From contig PHAL01000012.1 of NCBI GenBank assembly GCA_002840355.1, positions 23,898-87,897 on the forward strand: a stretch of 64,000 nt of DNA, read 5' to 3'. Source of the stretch: Elusimicrobia bacterium HGW-Elusimicrobia-3. GTDB lineage: Bacteria > Elusimicrobiota > Elusimicrobia > Elusimicrobiales > UBA9959. This document shows, piece after piece, positions 17,193-26,051 of this stretch; the stretch's first letter is position 1, and each line of letters opens with the position of its first letter. Position numbers and translations under genes: made by a program. Under the pieces are notes generated by a model that saw only the letters and a list, made by a program, of their open reading frames with translations, did not search any database and was not told where the DNA came from.

Positions 17193-18151
17193 GAATTGAT
17201 TATCCTCTCCGCTATGGCGGCGGGGTCGTACTCGGTAAAACTTTTAAGCTCTATGAGCTGCGCGTTGCGGTAGCGCGCGAACCAGGTGTTCTGGCGCTTG
17301 GCGTAGGCCATCGAGGCCGAGACTATCTGCTTTATCGCGTCGGGCTTGCTCAGCCGGCCGGCCAGGTAGTCCAGCATCTGCGGGTAGCCCAGCGTCTTGA
17401 GACCGGGGCAGTCTTCGGCGTAGCCGGCCTTCAGCAGTTCGCGCGTCTCGGCCGCCCATTCTTCGAAGCGCGTCACCGTGCGCAGCTTCACGCGCTCGGC
17501 CAGCAGCTCTTTGGCCCACTTCAGGAAAACGAACTTGCCCTCGTGCGCCGGCAGCGAGGTGAAGAACTTGCCGCTCCACACCTGCGAGGCGGGCTTGCCG
17601 GCCAGCTGGGTGATCTCTATGGCGCGCATCACGCGCTGGATATTGTTGACCGGGATCTTGGCCGCGGCCTCGGGGTCCATCGCGGCCAGCTGGGAGTGCA
17701 GGGCGGCGCGCCCGTCGGTCTCGGCCACGGCGGCCAGGCGCGCGCGCAGCTCCGGGTCGGCCGGCGGCAGGTCGTCGAGGCCGTTCCAGTAGGCCTGCAC
17801 GTACATGCCGGTGCCCCCCGCCATGAGGGGCACCTTGCCCCGCTGCCAGATCTCGGGGATCAGCCGCTTGACTTCCTTGACGAAGGAGCCGGCGTCCCAG
17901 GCGGAGCGCGGGTCGAGCGTATCCACCAGATGGTAGGGGATGCCTTCTACAAGGTAGGCGCGGCCGGCGGGCGAGTCCGCCCAGGCGCCGGCGGGCTTGG
18001 CGGTGCCGGCCTCCAGCAGCCGGTAGACCTGCTTGGAATCGGCCGAGATGATCTCGCCGCCCAGCTGACGGGCCAGCTGCAACGCTATCTCGGTCTTGCC
18101 GGAGGCGTTGGCCCCCATCAGGGTTATCGGTTTAAGCGGTTTCAGGGACAT
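17189..18151 (-). CDS. miaA: tRNA dimethylallyltransferase
   Basis: GANASGKT, ISADSKQVY, GGTGMY, YAKRQNTWF. Confidence 0.95.
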   Translation of the reverse strand: MSLKPLKPITLMGANASGKTEIALQLARQLGGEIISADSKQVYRLLEAGTAKPAGAWADSPAGRAYLVEGIPYHLVDTLDPRSAWDAGSFVKEVKRLIPEIWQRGKVPLMAGGTGMYVQAYWNGLDDLPPADPELRARLAAVAETDGRAALHSQLAAMDPEAAAKIPVNNIQRVMRAIEITQLAGKPASQVWSGKFFTSLPAHEGKFVFLKWAKELLAERVKLRTVTRFEEWAAETRELLKAGYAEDCPGLKTLGYPQMLDYLAGRLSKPDAIKQIVSASMAYAKRQNTWFARYRNAQLIELKSFTEYDPAAIAERIINS

Positions 18152-18220
18152 CGTAAATTGAAAGCGGCCAGTAGGGTTCGCCTACCGGCCGCCTGCTAGC
18201 TTATCGTCCGGCCAGCCTGA

Positions 18221-18703
18221 TCACTTCTTCTTGAACAGCGGCTCGTCCTTCTGCGGCTTGTTGCACAGGCCGTGGGCGCGGCAGGTTTCCACGCACACCT
18301 CGGGCAGCTTCAGCTCGTAGCGGGTGTCGCAGTCGGTATAGTCTTCGGCCATCTCGTTGATGCGCTTGCGGTCGTCGTGGCTGATGTGGGAGAAAGAGAT
18401 GCCGTTCATGAACACGCCGCCCTTGTCTTTTACCCAGGAGATCTTGCCGGTCACCGGTATCTCCTTGACGCCGTTGAGCTTGAGCATGATGTTGAGCTCT
18501 TTGGTGTGGGGCGGGGCCATGAAGGTGATCAGGCGCATGCCGCCGGCCGAGAGGTCGGCCAGGATGGCGGGCTGGGGCACGGCCTTGCCGTGCGCGTCCT
18601 GCGCGTAAAATTCTATCTCCACGGGCTCCAGGATGCCGTGCAGAATGGGCAGGCGCACGTGCTCGCGTCTTTCCTTGAGAACCTTGCTGGTTTTTTTGGT
18701 CAT
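18221..18703 (-). CDS. PilZ-domain protein with Cys-rich C-terminus
   Basis: ERREHVR (RxxxR) and DLSAGG (DxSxGG). Confidence 0.8.
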   Translation of the reverse strand: MTKKTSKVLKERREHVRLPILHGILEPVEIEFYAQDAHGKAVPQPAILADLSAGGMRLITFMAPPHTKELNIMLKLNGVKEIPVTGKISWVKDKGGVFMNGISFSHISHDDRKRINEMAEDYTDCDTRYELKLPEVCVETCRAHGLCNKPQKDEPLFKKK

Positions 18704-19953
18704 ATTAGTTTCCCGTTCAAAGTATTTTTGGCCGCGCCCGTCACCAGTACCTTAGCGGTACTGCCGGGCGCCCCGCCTGCCTTCACTCTCACGGCGAAAT
18801 TGCCGGAGGCGCGGCCGTACGTTTGCGTCTCGAAAAGAACTTCTTCTATTTTACCAATTCTTTCGTTCAATACAAGCCGCGAATTTTCCTTCACGGCCGC
18901 CAGCAGTTTCTCCAGGCGGGCCTCCATTTCGGCCTCGCCTATAGTAGCGGCCATTTCGGGCTTGTCCGAGCGCGGCGAGTACTTGAAGCAGTAGGCCAGC
19001 GAGAACCGCCCCTCGCGCACCAGCGCCAGCGTATCTTCGAAATCTTGCTCGGTCTCGCCCGGGTAGCCCACTATGAAATCGGTGGAGACGGCCAGGCCCG
19101 GCGCGGCCGCCCGCAGGCGGCCTATCAGGTCCAGGTAAGCCCTCCGCGTGTAGCCGCGGCGCATCAGACCCAGTATGCGGTCGGAGCCGCTCTGCACCGG
19201 CAGGTGTATGTAGCGGGCCAGGCGCGGCTCGGCCGCCAGCAGCCTGGTGAACCCCTCGTCGAAATAGAGCGGGTGCGGGCTCATGAAGCGCAGCCGCCGC
19301 AGCCCCGGCAATGCCAGCACTTCCTTTAAGAGTTCGGCGAACGTGGTCTGGCCGTGCTTGTAGGAATTGACGGTCTGGCCCAGCAGCACTATCTCTTTGG
19401 CGCCGGCGGCTATCTTGTCCGCGGCGTCTTTGAGCACCGCGGCCGGCGACAGGAACACGGCCGGCCCGCGCACGGCCGGCACTATGCAGTAGGAACATTT
19501 CAGCGAGCAGCCGCGCATGATGGTGACATAGGCGGTCTGCGGCGAGCGGAACAGGTTCTGGTGGGCGGTCTCGCTTTCGGGCGTGGGGCCCAGCTGCGCC
19601 ACCAGCGCGTCCTCGAAGCTCTCTATAGCCTTGGCCCCCACCACTTCGTCCACGAAGGGGAAGCGCCCCTTGAGGTTCTTCCCCCCCAGCTTCTGGGCGG
19701 CGCAGCCCACCACGAAGATCTTGCCGTCCGCGTGTTTCTCTTTCCACACGCGCAGCCGGCCTATCTGCGAGATGGCCTTATCCTCGGCGCGCTGCCGCAC
19801 GGTGCAGGTGTTCACCACCACCGCGTCGGCCTTCTTCAGGTCGTCCGTGAGCGAGTAGCCGCGCCGGCGAAAAGCCGCCGCGATCCCCTCGGAATCCGCC
19901 TCGTTCATCTGGCAGCCGAAAGTAATAATGTGTACTTTCTTGGTGGTAGGCAC
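18700..19953 (-). CDS. miaB: tRNA methylthiotransferase
   Basis: TFGCQMN, NTCTVR, CSLKCSYC, HLPVQSGS, TRAM-like tail. Confidence 0.9.
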   Translation of the reverse strand: MPTTKKVHIITFGCQMNEADSEGIAAAFRRRGYSLTDDLKKADAVVVNTCTVRQRAEDKAISQIGRLRVWKEKHADGKIFVVGCAAQKLGGKNLKGRFPFVDEVVGAKAIESFEDALVAQLGPTPESETAHQNLFRSPQTAYVTIMRGCSLKCSYCIVPAVRGPAVFLSPAAVLKDAADKIAAGAKEIVLLGQTVNSYKHGQTTFAELLKEVLALPGLRRLRFMSPHPLYFDEGFTRLLAAEPRLARYIHLPVQSGSDRILGLMRRGYTRRAYLDLIGRLRAAAPGLAVSTDFIVGYPGETEQDFEDTLALVREGRFSLAYCFKYSPRSDKPEMAATIGEAEMEARLEKLLAAVKENSRLVLNERIGKIEEVLFETQTYGRASGNFAVRVKAGGAPGSTAKVLVTGAAKNTLNGKLI

Positions 19954-19988
19954 AGGTATATTTTACCTTTTAAGAGGAAGGGGCCGGT

Positions 19989-20411
19989 CTACTTGAAGCC
20001 GTTTACCGGGTAGAGGTCTGAGACCGTGATCTTAAGAAGCGCGCTGGCTGGAGAGCGCGCGAATTCCGCCAGCTCGGGATGCCTGGCTTTGTACAGCTCA
20101 AGAGCTATACCGCGTTCCTCGCCCGACAATTCCCGGGCCGTCCCGGTTATGGTGACGGCCGCTGAGCGGCTGAAATCGGCCTGCCCGCCGGGCCGGTCGT
20201 CTATAAGCAGGGCCACGCGGCTTTCTGCTTCGAGGTTGGCCCATTTACGGGTGTTGCGCGAGGTGACAAAATAAAATGAGCGCCGGTCCGCGCTGGCCGC
20301 GAAGGCGACCAGGCTTAAATAAGGGCCGGCGGCGCCGCTGGTGGCCAGCACCGCCAGGCGCTGGCCGGAAACCAGCCGCTCCAGCGTGCTGCCGCTTTCG
20401 ATCGCGCTCAC
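19989..20411 (-). CDS. Pyridoxamine 5'-phosphate oxidase-like FMN-binding protein
   Basis: VLATS, PYLSLVAF, TRKWANL..RVALLID. Confidence 0.85.
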   Translation of the reverse strand: MSAIESGSTLERLVSGQRLAVLATSGAAGPYLSLVAFAASADRRSFYFVTSRNTRKWANLEAESRVALLIDDRPGGQADFSRSAAVTITGTARELSGEERGIALELYKARHPELAEFARSPASALLKITVSDLYPVNGFK

Positions 20412-20953
20412 TTATACTCCTCCGGCCAGGGGCCGGTGCGGGTCTTGGGGCCGCCGGGGTCGGCCCAGGCCAGGCGCCCGTCTTGCTCCACGGTCGGGAA
20501 CAGGGGCACGGTTATTTCTTCCGGGTGGAACCAGAGCTTGATCTCGCGCTCGCCCTCTATGGGGTCGGAGGAGACGTGCACCACGTTCTCGAAGACGCCT
20601 TTAGTGGTGACGCGGCCGAAGCTGCCGCGGATGGAGCGGTAGTCGGCCTCCTCCGGGTTGGTGGCGCCGGCTATGGCGCGGGCCCGCTTCACCGCGCCCT
20701 CGCCGGTGTAGGCGAAGGCCAGCACGGTGTCCTGGCCGGCGTAGAGCTTGCCGGTGATGAAGTTGATGAGCTCTTCAAAGAAAGGCTTTTCCCTGAGGTG
20801 GTGGTAATGGGTGGCGGCCAGGTCATGGCTGACCTTGGCCAGGCGCGCGCCCACAAGCTTCAGGTCCGTTTCTTCGAAGCGCCGCAGCACGTGGCCGGCG
20901 AGGCCCTTCACCATGCCGTCGGGTTTGATGATCAGCAGTATGGATTCGGTCAT
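20408..20953 (-). CDS. ndk: Nucleoside-diphosphate kinase
   Basis: IIKPDG, GATNPEEA, SIRG, NVVHVS. Confidence 0.93.
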   Translation of the reverse strand: MTESILLIIKPDGMVKGLAGHVLRRFEETDLKLVGARLAKVSHDLAATHYHHLREKPFFEELINFITGKLYAGQDTVLAFAYTGEGAVKRARAIAGATNPEEADYRSIRGSFGRVTTKGVFENVVHVSSDPIEGEREIKLWFHPEEITVPLFPTVEQDGRLAWADPGGPKTRTGPWPEEYK

Positions 20954-21018
20954 GTTTGTATTTTACTTTTTTAGGGCAGGGCTGCGTTCCCGCGGCGGGC
21001 TCTGCCTTCCCGGCTAAA

Positions 21019-21450
21019 TTACGCCCGGGTCCTAATGCGGGTTATGTGTATGGTGACGGCGGCGCCTACCAGCGCGAGGGCCGCCGCCAGCCAGGGCCGC
21101 GCCGGCCAGGCCCAGACCATTGAAGCACCCAGGGTGAGCCAAAGCAGGGAAATCGTTGTGACTTTTAACGGCAGGGGCAGGCCTTCGCCGCTCCTGTAGC
21201 GGCGCAGATATTCCCCGAAGAGGCGGTTGCCGTGCAGCCAGGCGTAGAGCCGCGGCGAGCTGCGCGCGAAGCACCAGGCCGCCAGCAGTAGGAAAGGCGT
21301 GGTGGGCAGCACCGGCAGCAGTATGCCCAGCAGCGCCAGGACCGTGAAGAAAAGGCCCGCCGCCTTCAGCAGCGTACGTCGGGGCCGGCCCCCCTCCGGG
21401 AGAGGGGCCGGTTCCGGCGGGAGGACTGGGTTGCGCGGTCTGGTGTTCAA
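21019..21450 (-). CDS. YbaN/DUF454 inner-membrane protein
   Basis: LPVLPTTPFLLLAAWCFARSS. Confidence 0.9.
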   Translation of the reverse strand: MNTRPRNPVLPPEPAPLPEGGRPRRTLLKAAGLFFTVLALLGILLPVLPTTPFLLLAAWCFARSSPRLYAWLHGNRLFGEYLRRYRSGEGLPLPLKVTTISLLWLTLGASMVWAWPARPWLAAALALVGAAVTIHITRIRTRA

Positions 21451-21464
21451 CGGCTGGCTCTCCC

Positions 21465-22925
21465 TTATTTCGTTACGGCTTCTTTTACCGGCAGGCCCAG
21501 GGCCCTGGCCACGCCCTCGCCATAGGCGGGGTCGGCTTTATAGCAGTTGCCGATGTGGCGCAGTTTTATTTCTTTCGGGGCGTCGCCCATGGCGCGGGCG
21601 GTGTTCTCGAAGAGTACCTGCTGCTGCGCGGCCGGCATCAGGCGGAACAACTTGCCGGGCTGGATGAAGTTGTCGTCCTCCTGCGCCCAGTGGTCGGCGG
21701 CACCTTCCAGTTTGAGCGGCGGCTCGGCGAAGCCGGGCTGCTGCGCCCATTCGCCGTAGCTGTTGGGCTCGTAGCCCAGCGTGCCGCCGTGGTTGCCGTC
21801 GGTGCGCATAGCCCCGTCGCGGTGGTAAGAGTTGAACGGGCAGCGCGGCTTGTTGACCGGGATCTGGTGGTGGTTGACCCCCAGGCGGTAGCGCTGGGCG
21901 TCGCCGTAGGAGAACAGCCGCCCCTGCAGCATCTTGTCCGGCGAGAAGCCTATGCCGGGCACTATGCTGGCCGGGTTGAAGGCCGCCTGTTCCACGTCGG
22001 AGAAGTAGTTCTCAGGGTTGCGGTTGAGTTCCATCACGCCCACTTCCTGCAGCGGGGCGTCCTTGTGGTACCACACCCTTGTCAGGTCGAACGGGTTGTA
22101 GGGCAGTTTGGCCGCGGCCTCTTCGGTCATCACCTGTATGTACATGGTCCACTTCGGGTAGTCTTTCCTTTCGATGGCGTCGAAGAGATCGCGCTGGTTG
22201 CTGTCCCTGTCCTTGCCTATCAGGGCTTCGGCTTCCTGGTCCGTAATGTTCTTTATGCCCTGCTGGGTCTTAAGGATGAACTTGACCCAGCACCTTTCGT
22301 TCTTCGCGTTGATAAGGCTGAAGGTATGGCTGCCGAAGCCGTGCATGTGCCGGTAGGAATACGGGATGCCGCGGTCGCTCATGGTGATGGTCACCTGGTG
22401 CAGCGCTTCGGGCAGCGAGCTCCAGAAGTCCCAGTTGTTCCTGGCGCTGCGCAGGTTGGTTTTGGGGTCGCGCTTTATGGCGTGGTTGAGGTCCGGGAAT
22501 TTCAGCGGGTCGCGCATGAAGAACACCGGCGTATTGTTGCCCACCAGGTCCCAGTTGCCCTCCTCGGTGTAGAACTTCAGGGCGAAGCCGCGTATATCGC
22601 GTTCCGCGTCCGCCCCTCCGCGCTCCGCCGCGACAATGGAAAAGCGGGCGAACATCTCGGTCTGTTTGCCCACCTTGGAGAAGATGGCGGCCCTGGTGTA
22701 TTTGGTTATGTCTTTGGTGACCGTGAAGGTGCCGAAGGCGCCCGAGCCCTTGGCGTGCATGCGGCGCTCCGGTATCACTTCCCGGTCGAAATGCGCGAGC
22801 TTCTCGAGATACCAGACGTCCTGCATCAGCATGGGCCCGCGCGCCCCGGCGGTCAGGCTGTTCTGATTGTCCGGTACAGGCGCGCCGGTCACCGAAGTCA
22901 GTTTGTTGACTTTCTTTTCTTTCAT
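21465..22925 (-). CDS. katA: Monofunctional heme catalase
   Basis: [33 protein letters not shown]. Confidence 0.97.
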   Translation of the reverse strand: MKEKKVNKLTSVTGAPVPDNQNSLTAGARGPMLMQDVWYLEKLAHFDREVIPERRMHAKGSGAFGTFTVTKDITKYTRAAIFSKVGKQTEMFARFSIVAAERGGADAERDIRGFALKFYTEEGNWDLVGNNTPVFFMRDPLKFPDLNHAIKRDPKTNLRSARNNWDFWSSLPEALHQVTITMSDRGIPYSYRHMHGFGSHTFSLINAKNERCWVKFILKTQQGIKNITDQEAEALIGKDRDSNQRDLFDAIERKDYPKWTMYIQVMTEEAAAKLPYNPFDLTRVWYHKDAPLQEVGVMELNRNPENYFSDVEQAAFNPASIVPGIGFSPDKMLQGRLFSYGDAQRYRLGVNHHQIPVNKPRCPFNSYHRDGAMRTDGNHGGTLGYEPNSYGEWAQQPGFAEPPLKLEGAADHWAQEDDNFIQPGKLFRLMPAAQQQVLFENTARAMGDAPKEIKLRHIGNCYKADPAYGEGVARALGLPVKEAVTK

Positions 22926-23030
22926 ATCCCCCCCCCCTTACTTATCCTTCTTCCCTATTATCACCAAATGGAGGGAGGGTTTCAAGTGCTTCCTGGCGCC
23001 AGCCGGCTTTCGGCGCGGCGGGACAACGCC

Positions 23031-24932
23031 CTAATGGGTTTCCAGCTTGAAGCCCAACTTGTACCAGACCGGGCAGAGGGCCAGGCCCAGCGCCAGGTTG
23101 CCGGTTATCCAGACCGCCGGCCAGGGGCAGAAGGCCGGGGGCGGGCTGCCCACCAGCGCTGAGCCGGCCCCGACGAGCAGGCAGAACACCGAGACGCCGG
23201 CGGCGCCCACGGCGCCGGCAGAGAGCAGCAGCCGGCGGGCGCCGTTGTGCGTGTGGTCGCCGCACTCCACGGCGATCTTGTGCCAGAAGCCCTTGGGGCG
23301 GACTAACTTGTAGAAGCCGTGCAGGTGCTTCCTGTCTTCGGGGCCGAAGTAAAAGATGGCCGCCAGGGAAGCCGTCAGGGAGAGGCCGGCCATGATCAGC
23401 AGGCGCAGGGCCGGGTCCGGGACGTAGAGCAGCAGCGGCAGCGCGGCCAGGGCCGAGACCGTTATGGCCGCGATCTCCGACCAGGCGTTGACGCGCCACC
23501 AGAGCCAGCGCAGGATGAGTATGGGCCCCATGCCCGCGCCCAGCAGCAGGCTGGCCTGCCAGGCCTGGTTGATCGACGAGAGCCTGGTCATGATCACCAG
23601 GGCGATGCCGATGAGCATCACGTTGGAGCCGCGCGCCACCCAGACCAGCGCCTTGCCGGAGGGCTCTTTCTTCAGCCAGGCCTGGCAGACCAGGCGCTTG
23701 AAGATGTCGTTGGCCCAGTACGACGAGCCCCAGTTTATGTGCGTGTCCACCGTGGAGGCCAGCGCCGCCAGCATGCCCGTGATCATCAGGCCCTTTATCC
23801 CGGCGGGCAGCAGCTCGGCCATGCCGCGCACGTAGACGCCTTCCCGGTCGGCCTGCAGCAGGTCCCCGGCGAGGTTGGCGGCCGGCGGGAACAGCACCAG
23901 CAGGCCCAGGCCGAGCGGCAGCCATAGCAGGCTGCGCAGCAACACCTGCGTGCCGGTAAAGACCAGCGCCGCGGTCTTGGCCTGGCGCTCGTCGCGGCAG
24001 GCCATGGAGCGCTGGGCCAGGTAGCCGGTGCCGTCCGAGTTGAGCTGTATGAGCCACTGCAGGGCGAACAGCGCCAGCAGCGGGAAGGTGGCGCTGTAGG
24101 CGCGGTCGGGCGTGAAGGCCAGTATCTGCGAGGGGCTTATGCCCCCCAGCGTGCCCGCCGCGGCTATGTTCTGCAGCCCGGCGTGTATGCCGCTTACCCC
24201 GCCCGCCTTGACGAAGACTATGCCGGCGAACAGCAGCGTGGCGCCCAGCATGATGAAGACCTGCACCACGTCGGTGTCCACCACGCTGCGCAGGCCGCCG
24301 GTGGCGGAATAGAAGGTGGTGACCAGCAGGATGGCCAGTACCGAGATGAGGTTGTTGGCCGAAAGCGTGACGGCCAGGCCCGTGCCGGCCGCGGCCGAGG
24401 AGAGGTTGACGCCGACGGCCTGCACCAGGGCGGTGAAGGGGCCGAACAGCCAGACGGGCAGCCACTCGTTCCACGGCAGGAAGGGCTCGGCGATGCGCGA
24501 GGCCGCGAAGAAGACCCAGGCCAGCACCACGCAGTTGAAGACCGTGCCGAAATAGAGCGCCTTGAACCCGCGCAGCGCCAGCGCCCGGCCGCCGCCGTAG
24601 CGCAGTTCGGTGAGCTCGGCGTCGGTTATCACGCCGGCGCGCCGCCAGTGGGAGGACAGCACGAAGCCCATCAGCAGGAAGGCCAGCGCGTAGATCCACA
24701 TCTGCCACAGCGCGAAGATGCCCGAGACCGCGATGATGCCGGTGACCAGCAGCGGCGTGTCGGCCGCGAACTGCGTGGCGGCCATGCTCAGGCCCGCCTT
24801 CCAGCCGGGCAGCGAGCGGCCGGCCAGGAAGTATTCTTCCAGGTTTTTGGAAGCGGCGTCCTTGTTGCGCAAACCGGAATAGATGGAATAGGCTATGAAA
24901 GCCAGGATTATAATTATGTCGATGCCAGCCAT
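23031..24932 (-). CDS. Sodium:solute symporter family protein
   Basis: EYFLAGRSL, ATQFAADTPL, many TMs; GGAGG RBS before MAGID. Confidence 0.9.
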   Translation of the reverse strand: MAGIDIIIILAFIAYSIYSGLRNKDAASKNLEEYFLAGRSLPGWKAGLSMAATQFAADTPLLVTGIIAVSGIFALWQMWIYALAFLLMGFVLSSHWRRAGVITDAELTELRYGGGRALALRGFKALYFGTVFNCVVLAWVFFAASRIAEPFLPWNEWLPVWLFGPFTALVQAVGVNLSSAAAGTGLAVTLSANNLISVLAILLVTTFYSATGGLRSVVDTDVVQVFIMLGATLLFAGIVFVKAGGVSGIHAGLQNIAAAGTLGGISPSQILAFTPDRAYSATFPLLALFALQWLIQLNSDGTGYLAQRSMACRDERQAKTAALVFTGTQVLLRSLLWLPLGLGLLVLFPPAANLAGDLLQADREGVYVRGMAELLPAGIKGLMITGMLAALASTVDTHINWGSSYWANDIFKRLVCQAWLKKEPSGKALVWVARGSNVMLIGIALVIMTRLSSINQAWQASLLLGAGMGPILILRWLWWRVNAWSEIAAITVSALAALPLLLYVPDPALRLLIMAGLSLTASLAAIFYFGPEDRKHLHGFYKLVRPKGFWHKIAVECGDHTHNGARRLLLSAGAVGAAGVSVFCLLVGAGSALVGSPPPAFCPWPAVWITGNLALGLALCPVWYKLGFKLETH

Positions 24933-24994
24933 TGAGCCTCCTTGTCCTGACCGCGCGGCGAAGAATAAATTATGCCGCACTATGGCGGCGAAAA

Positions 24995-25708
24995 TCAAGC
25001 CTTGCGCGGGTCCCGGACCAGCGCCGCGCTGCGCGAGCAGACGGCGTCTATTTTAAGTTTATAGTTCCTGTCGCAATGCAGGTGCACGTCGGCCCAGTTG
25101 CGGCTTTGGGCGCCGTAGGCCTTGAACTCCAGCAGGTTGCTGCGCACGTAGGTGGTGAGGGCCTTCCTGACCGAATAGCCGCGCTTGACGATATCGCGGC
25201 CTATGCGCGTGCGCAGCTGGGTCCACCAGTGGGAGTCTATGAAGACGGAGAAATCCACCAGCTCGTAAAAATCCGGGTAGGTGGCTATCTCGCCTTCGGC
25301 GATCACGAACCTGGCCGGGGCGAAAGGCTCCGTCTGCGCGGCCTGGCCGCTCTTGCGGCAGTAGACCGGCTTGTCTACGCTTTCGCCGTGTTTGAGCCGG
25401 CGCAGCTGGTCCTTGAGCAGCGCCATCTCATTGGCCTCGGGATGCGGCCCCTGGAGTCTTTTAATGGCGCGCGCCGCGCGGGAGGTCTTGTAATCGTCGA
25501 GTTTCAGCACCCGCGCGTCAGGCAGCGCGCCCGCCAGCCTGGCGGCGAAGGTGGTCTTGCCGGTGCCGCCGGGGCCGCCCACGGCTATCAGTACGGGCTG
25601 CTTTCTCCCGGCGAACTTCTCGAGCAGCGCCCCCGCCAGCAGCAGGTGCGGCGCGGCGGCGCGGCTGACCTTGTCCAGTTTTACGTGCAGCCTGTAATGT
25701 CTTTTCAT
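24995..25708 (-). CDS. Uridine kinase/phosphoribulokinase-like P-loop kinase
   Basis: GGPGGTGKTT, LDDY, RIGRDIVKRG. Confidence 0.8.
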   Translation of the reverse strand: MKRHYRLHVKLDKVSRAAAPHLLLAGALLEKFAGRKQPVLIAVGGPGGTGKTTFAARLAGALPDARVLKLDDYKTSRAARAIKRLQGPHPEANEMALLKDQLRRLKHGESVDKPVYCRKSGQAAQTEPFAPARFVIAEGEIATYPDFYELVDFSVFIDSHWWTQLRTRIGRDIVKRGYSVRKALTTYVRSNLLEFKAYGAQSRNWADVHLHCDRNYKLKIDAVCSRSAALVRDPRKA

Positions 25709-25718
25709 CCGGGCGGAT

Positions 25719-26051
25719 CTACCTGGAGCAATTGACGCAGAGCGGGGTTTCGGGCATGGCTTCCAGGCGTTTCACGGCGATCGGCTGCTTGCAGGCCAGG
25801 CAGACGCCGTAAGTGCCGTCCTCGATGCGGCGCAGGGCCGCGCCGACCATCTGCTGCCGTACGCTCAGGTTGCCCTGCAGCGCCTGGGCTATCTTCTGCG
25901 ACTGCAGCGCCCCGGCCCGGGAAAGGCGGCCTATGGATTCGTCGAGAGAGACTATATCGGTCTTGCCGGCGTCGGCGGCCAGCGCCTGCGCCATCTCCGA
26001 GGCCAGGGCCTCCAGCAGGCCTTTGAAATGTTCCAGTCCTTCTTTTTCCAT
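25719..26051 (-). CDS. TraR/DksA C4 zinc-finger protein
   Basis: GTYGVCLAC...RLEAMP..LCVNC. Confidence 0.9.
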   Translation of the reverse strand: MEKEGLEHFKGLLEALASEMAQALAADAGKTDIVSLDESIGRLSRAGALQSQKIAQALQGNLSVRQQMVGAALRRIEDGTYGVCLACKQPIAVKRLEAMPETPLCVNCSR

